From the human T2T-CHM13v2.0 reference genome, Homo sapiens, in assembly GCF_009914755.1 (NCBI RefSeq), contig NC_060925.1: 64,000 bases of DNA. One strand, written 5' to 3'. This document shows positions 63,127 to 64,000 of this stretch, one piece after another. The position numbers and the translations under genes are program-made. The first letter of the stretch is position 1, and each line of letters starts with the position of its first letter. Below the pieces are notes generated by a model, which made no database searches, was not told the origin of the DNA, and saw only the letters and a program-made list of their open reading frames with translations.

Positions 63127-63709
63127 GCCGTATCAGCAGAGAGAACGCTGGAGCAGCACTTCTAAAACTGTAGCAACAAGTCCTGAAGTGTCAGCCTTAC
63201 CAGGGACCCCATTAGAAATGCACATTCTAGGACCGTACACCAGACTCAAATCAGTTTCTGAATCAGAAACTGGGCTGGAATTCAGCATCTGTGTTTTAAT
63301 AAGCCCTGCGGGTGATTCTGATTAAGGACCTCTGAGTTAGGGGGAAGCCTTAGGCAAGGGTGAGCCGCAGCCCTAAGGGAGTGTGGACAGAGTGCAGTGG
63401 GGCTAGGAGGGTAGCAGGGAGGCCAACTGCATTGAGGCCTTGCAAGGACTTTGGCAGAGGAGTGACATGATCTGGCCTTTGTTCTGAAAGTGTTGCTATG
63501 GTCAGACCTCATTTGTTTCTAGAGTTTCCATAAACTGCTTCCTCCAGGCTCCTTGGATGCCCCAAGCACATTTGCTTCTCAGGACTCTTGCTGTGCCCTC
63601 TGCCTGGAATGCCCTTCCTTCAGACAGCCACAAGACCTTCCCTGACCACCCTCTATCCATTCTGTCCCCTTACTCTGTTTTGCTTCTGTCCTTAGCACCC
63701 ACCACCATA

Positions 63710-64000
63710 CAGTCATGCCCTGCATTACATTTGGGTCAAGACAATGGTCCTATAAGGTTACAATGGAGCTGACAAATTCCTATCACCTAGTGACCTTGTA
63801 GCCACTGTAACGTCATAGCGCAACACATTCCTCACGTGTTTGTGGTGATGCTGGTGTAAACAAACCTACTGCGCCCCCAGTCATATAAAAGTATAGCACA
63901 TACAGTTATGTACAGTACACTTGATAATGATGATAAACAACTATGTTACTGGTTTATGTACTTATGATATGTTTTATTGTTATTTTAGAGTGGACTCCTT
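63710..64000. mobile_element. Tigger3/MER7-type DNA transposon (runs off the window)
   Basis: TA|CAGTCATGC terminus; AAATTCCTATCACCTAGTGAC..GTGGTGATGCTGGTGTAAACAAACCTACTGCG. Confidence 0.75.

Overview
This is human (primate) genomic DNA, recognisable as the 1p34 KCNQ4-CITED4 locus. The + strand carries the end of intron 1 and coding exons 2-14 of KCNQ4 (Kv7.4, DFNA2). All boundaries are GT-AG, the exons give 1774 coding nt in frame, the stop is at 35761-35763, and a ~1.9 kb 3'UTR ends at an ATTAAA at 37674. The - strand carries the single-exon gene CITED4 (58813-59367, 184 aa) in a CpG island with TATA, GC and CCAAT boxes; it is convergent with KCNQ4. The rest is Alu/MIR/L2/LTR/DNA-transposon-rich intron and intergenic sequence, including a 7SL retropseudogene, a decayed ERVL provirus with nested insertions and a 47-bp intronic minisatellite. 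I found no new protein-coding system. The best leads are: (1) two frame-preserving cassette exons (45 and 57 nt) in intron 9, surrounded by RBFOX motifs; (2) a POU4F + ATOH1-type motif pair in intron 7 (candidate hair-cell enhancer); (3) four miR-153 seed sites in the KCNQ4 3'UTR; (4) a ~45-nt 'collapsed' Alu with target-site duplication; (5) a perfect 20-bp hairpin. Repeat family names and coordinates are by eye and approximate.
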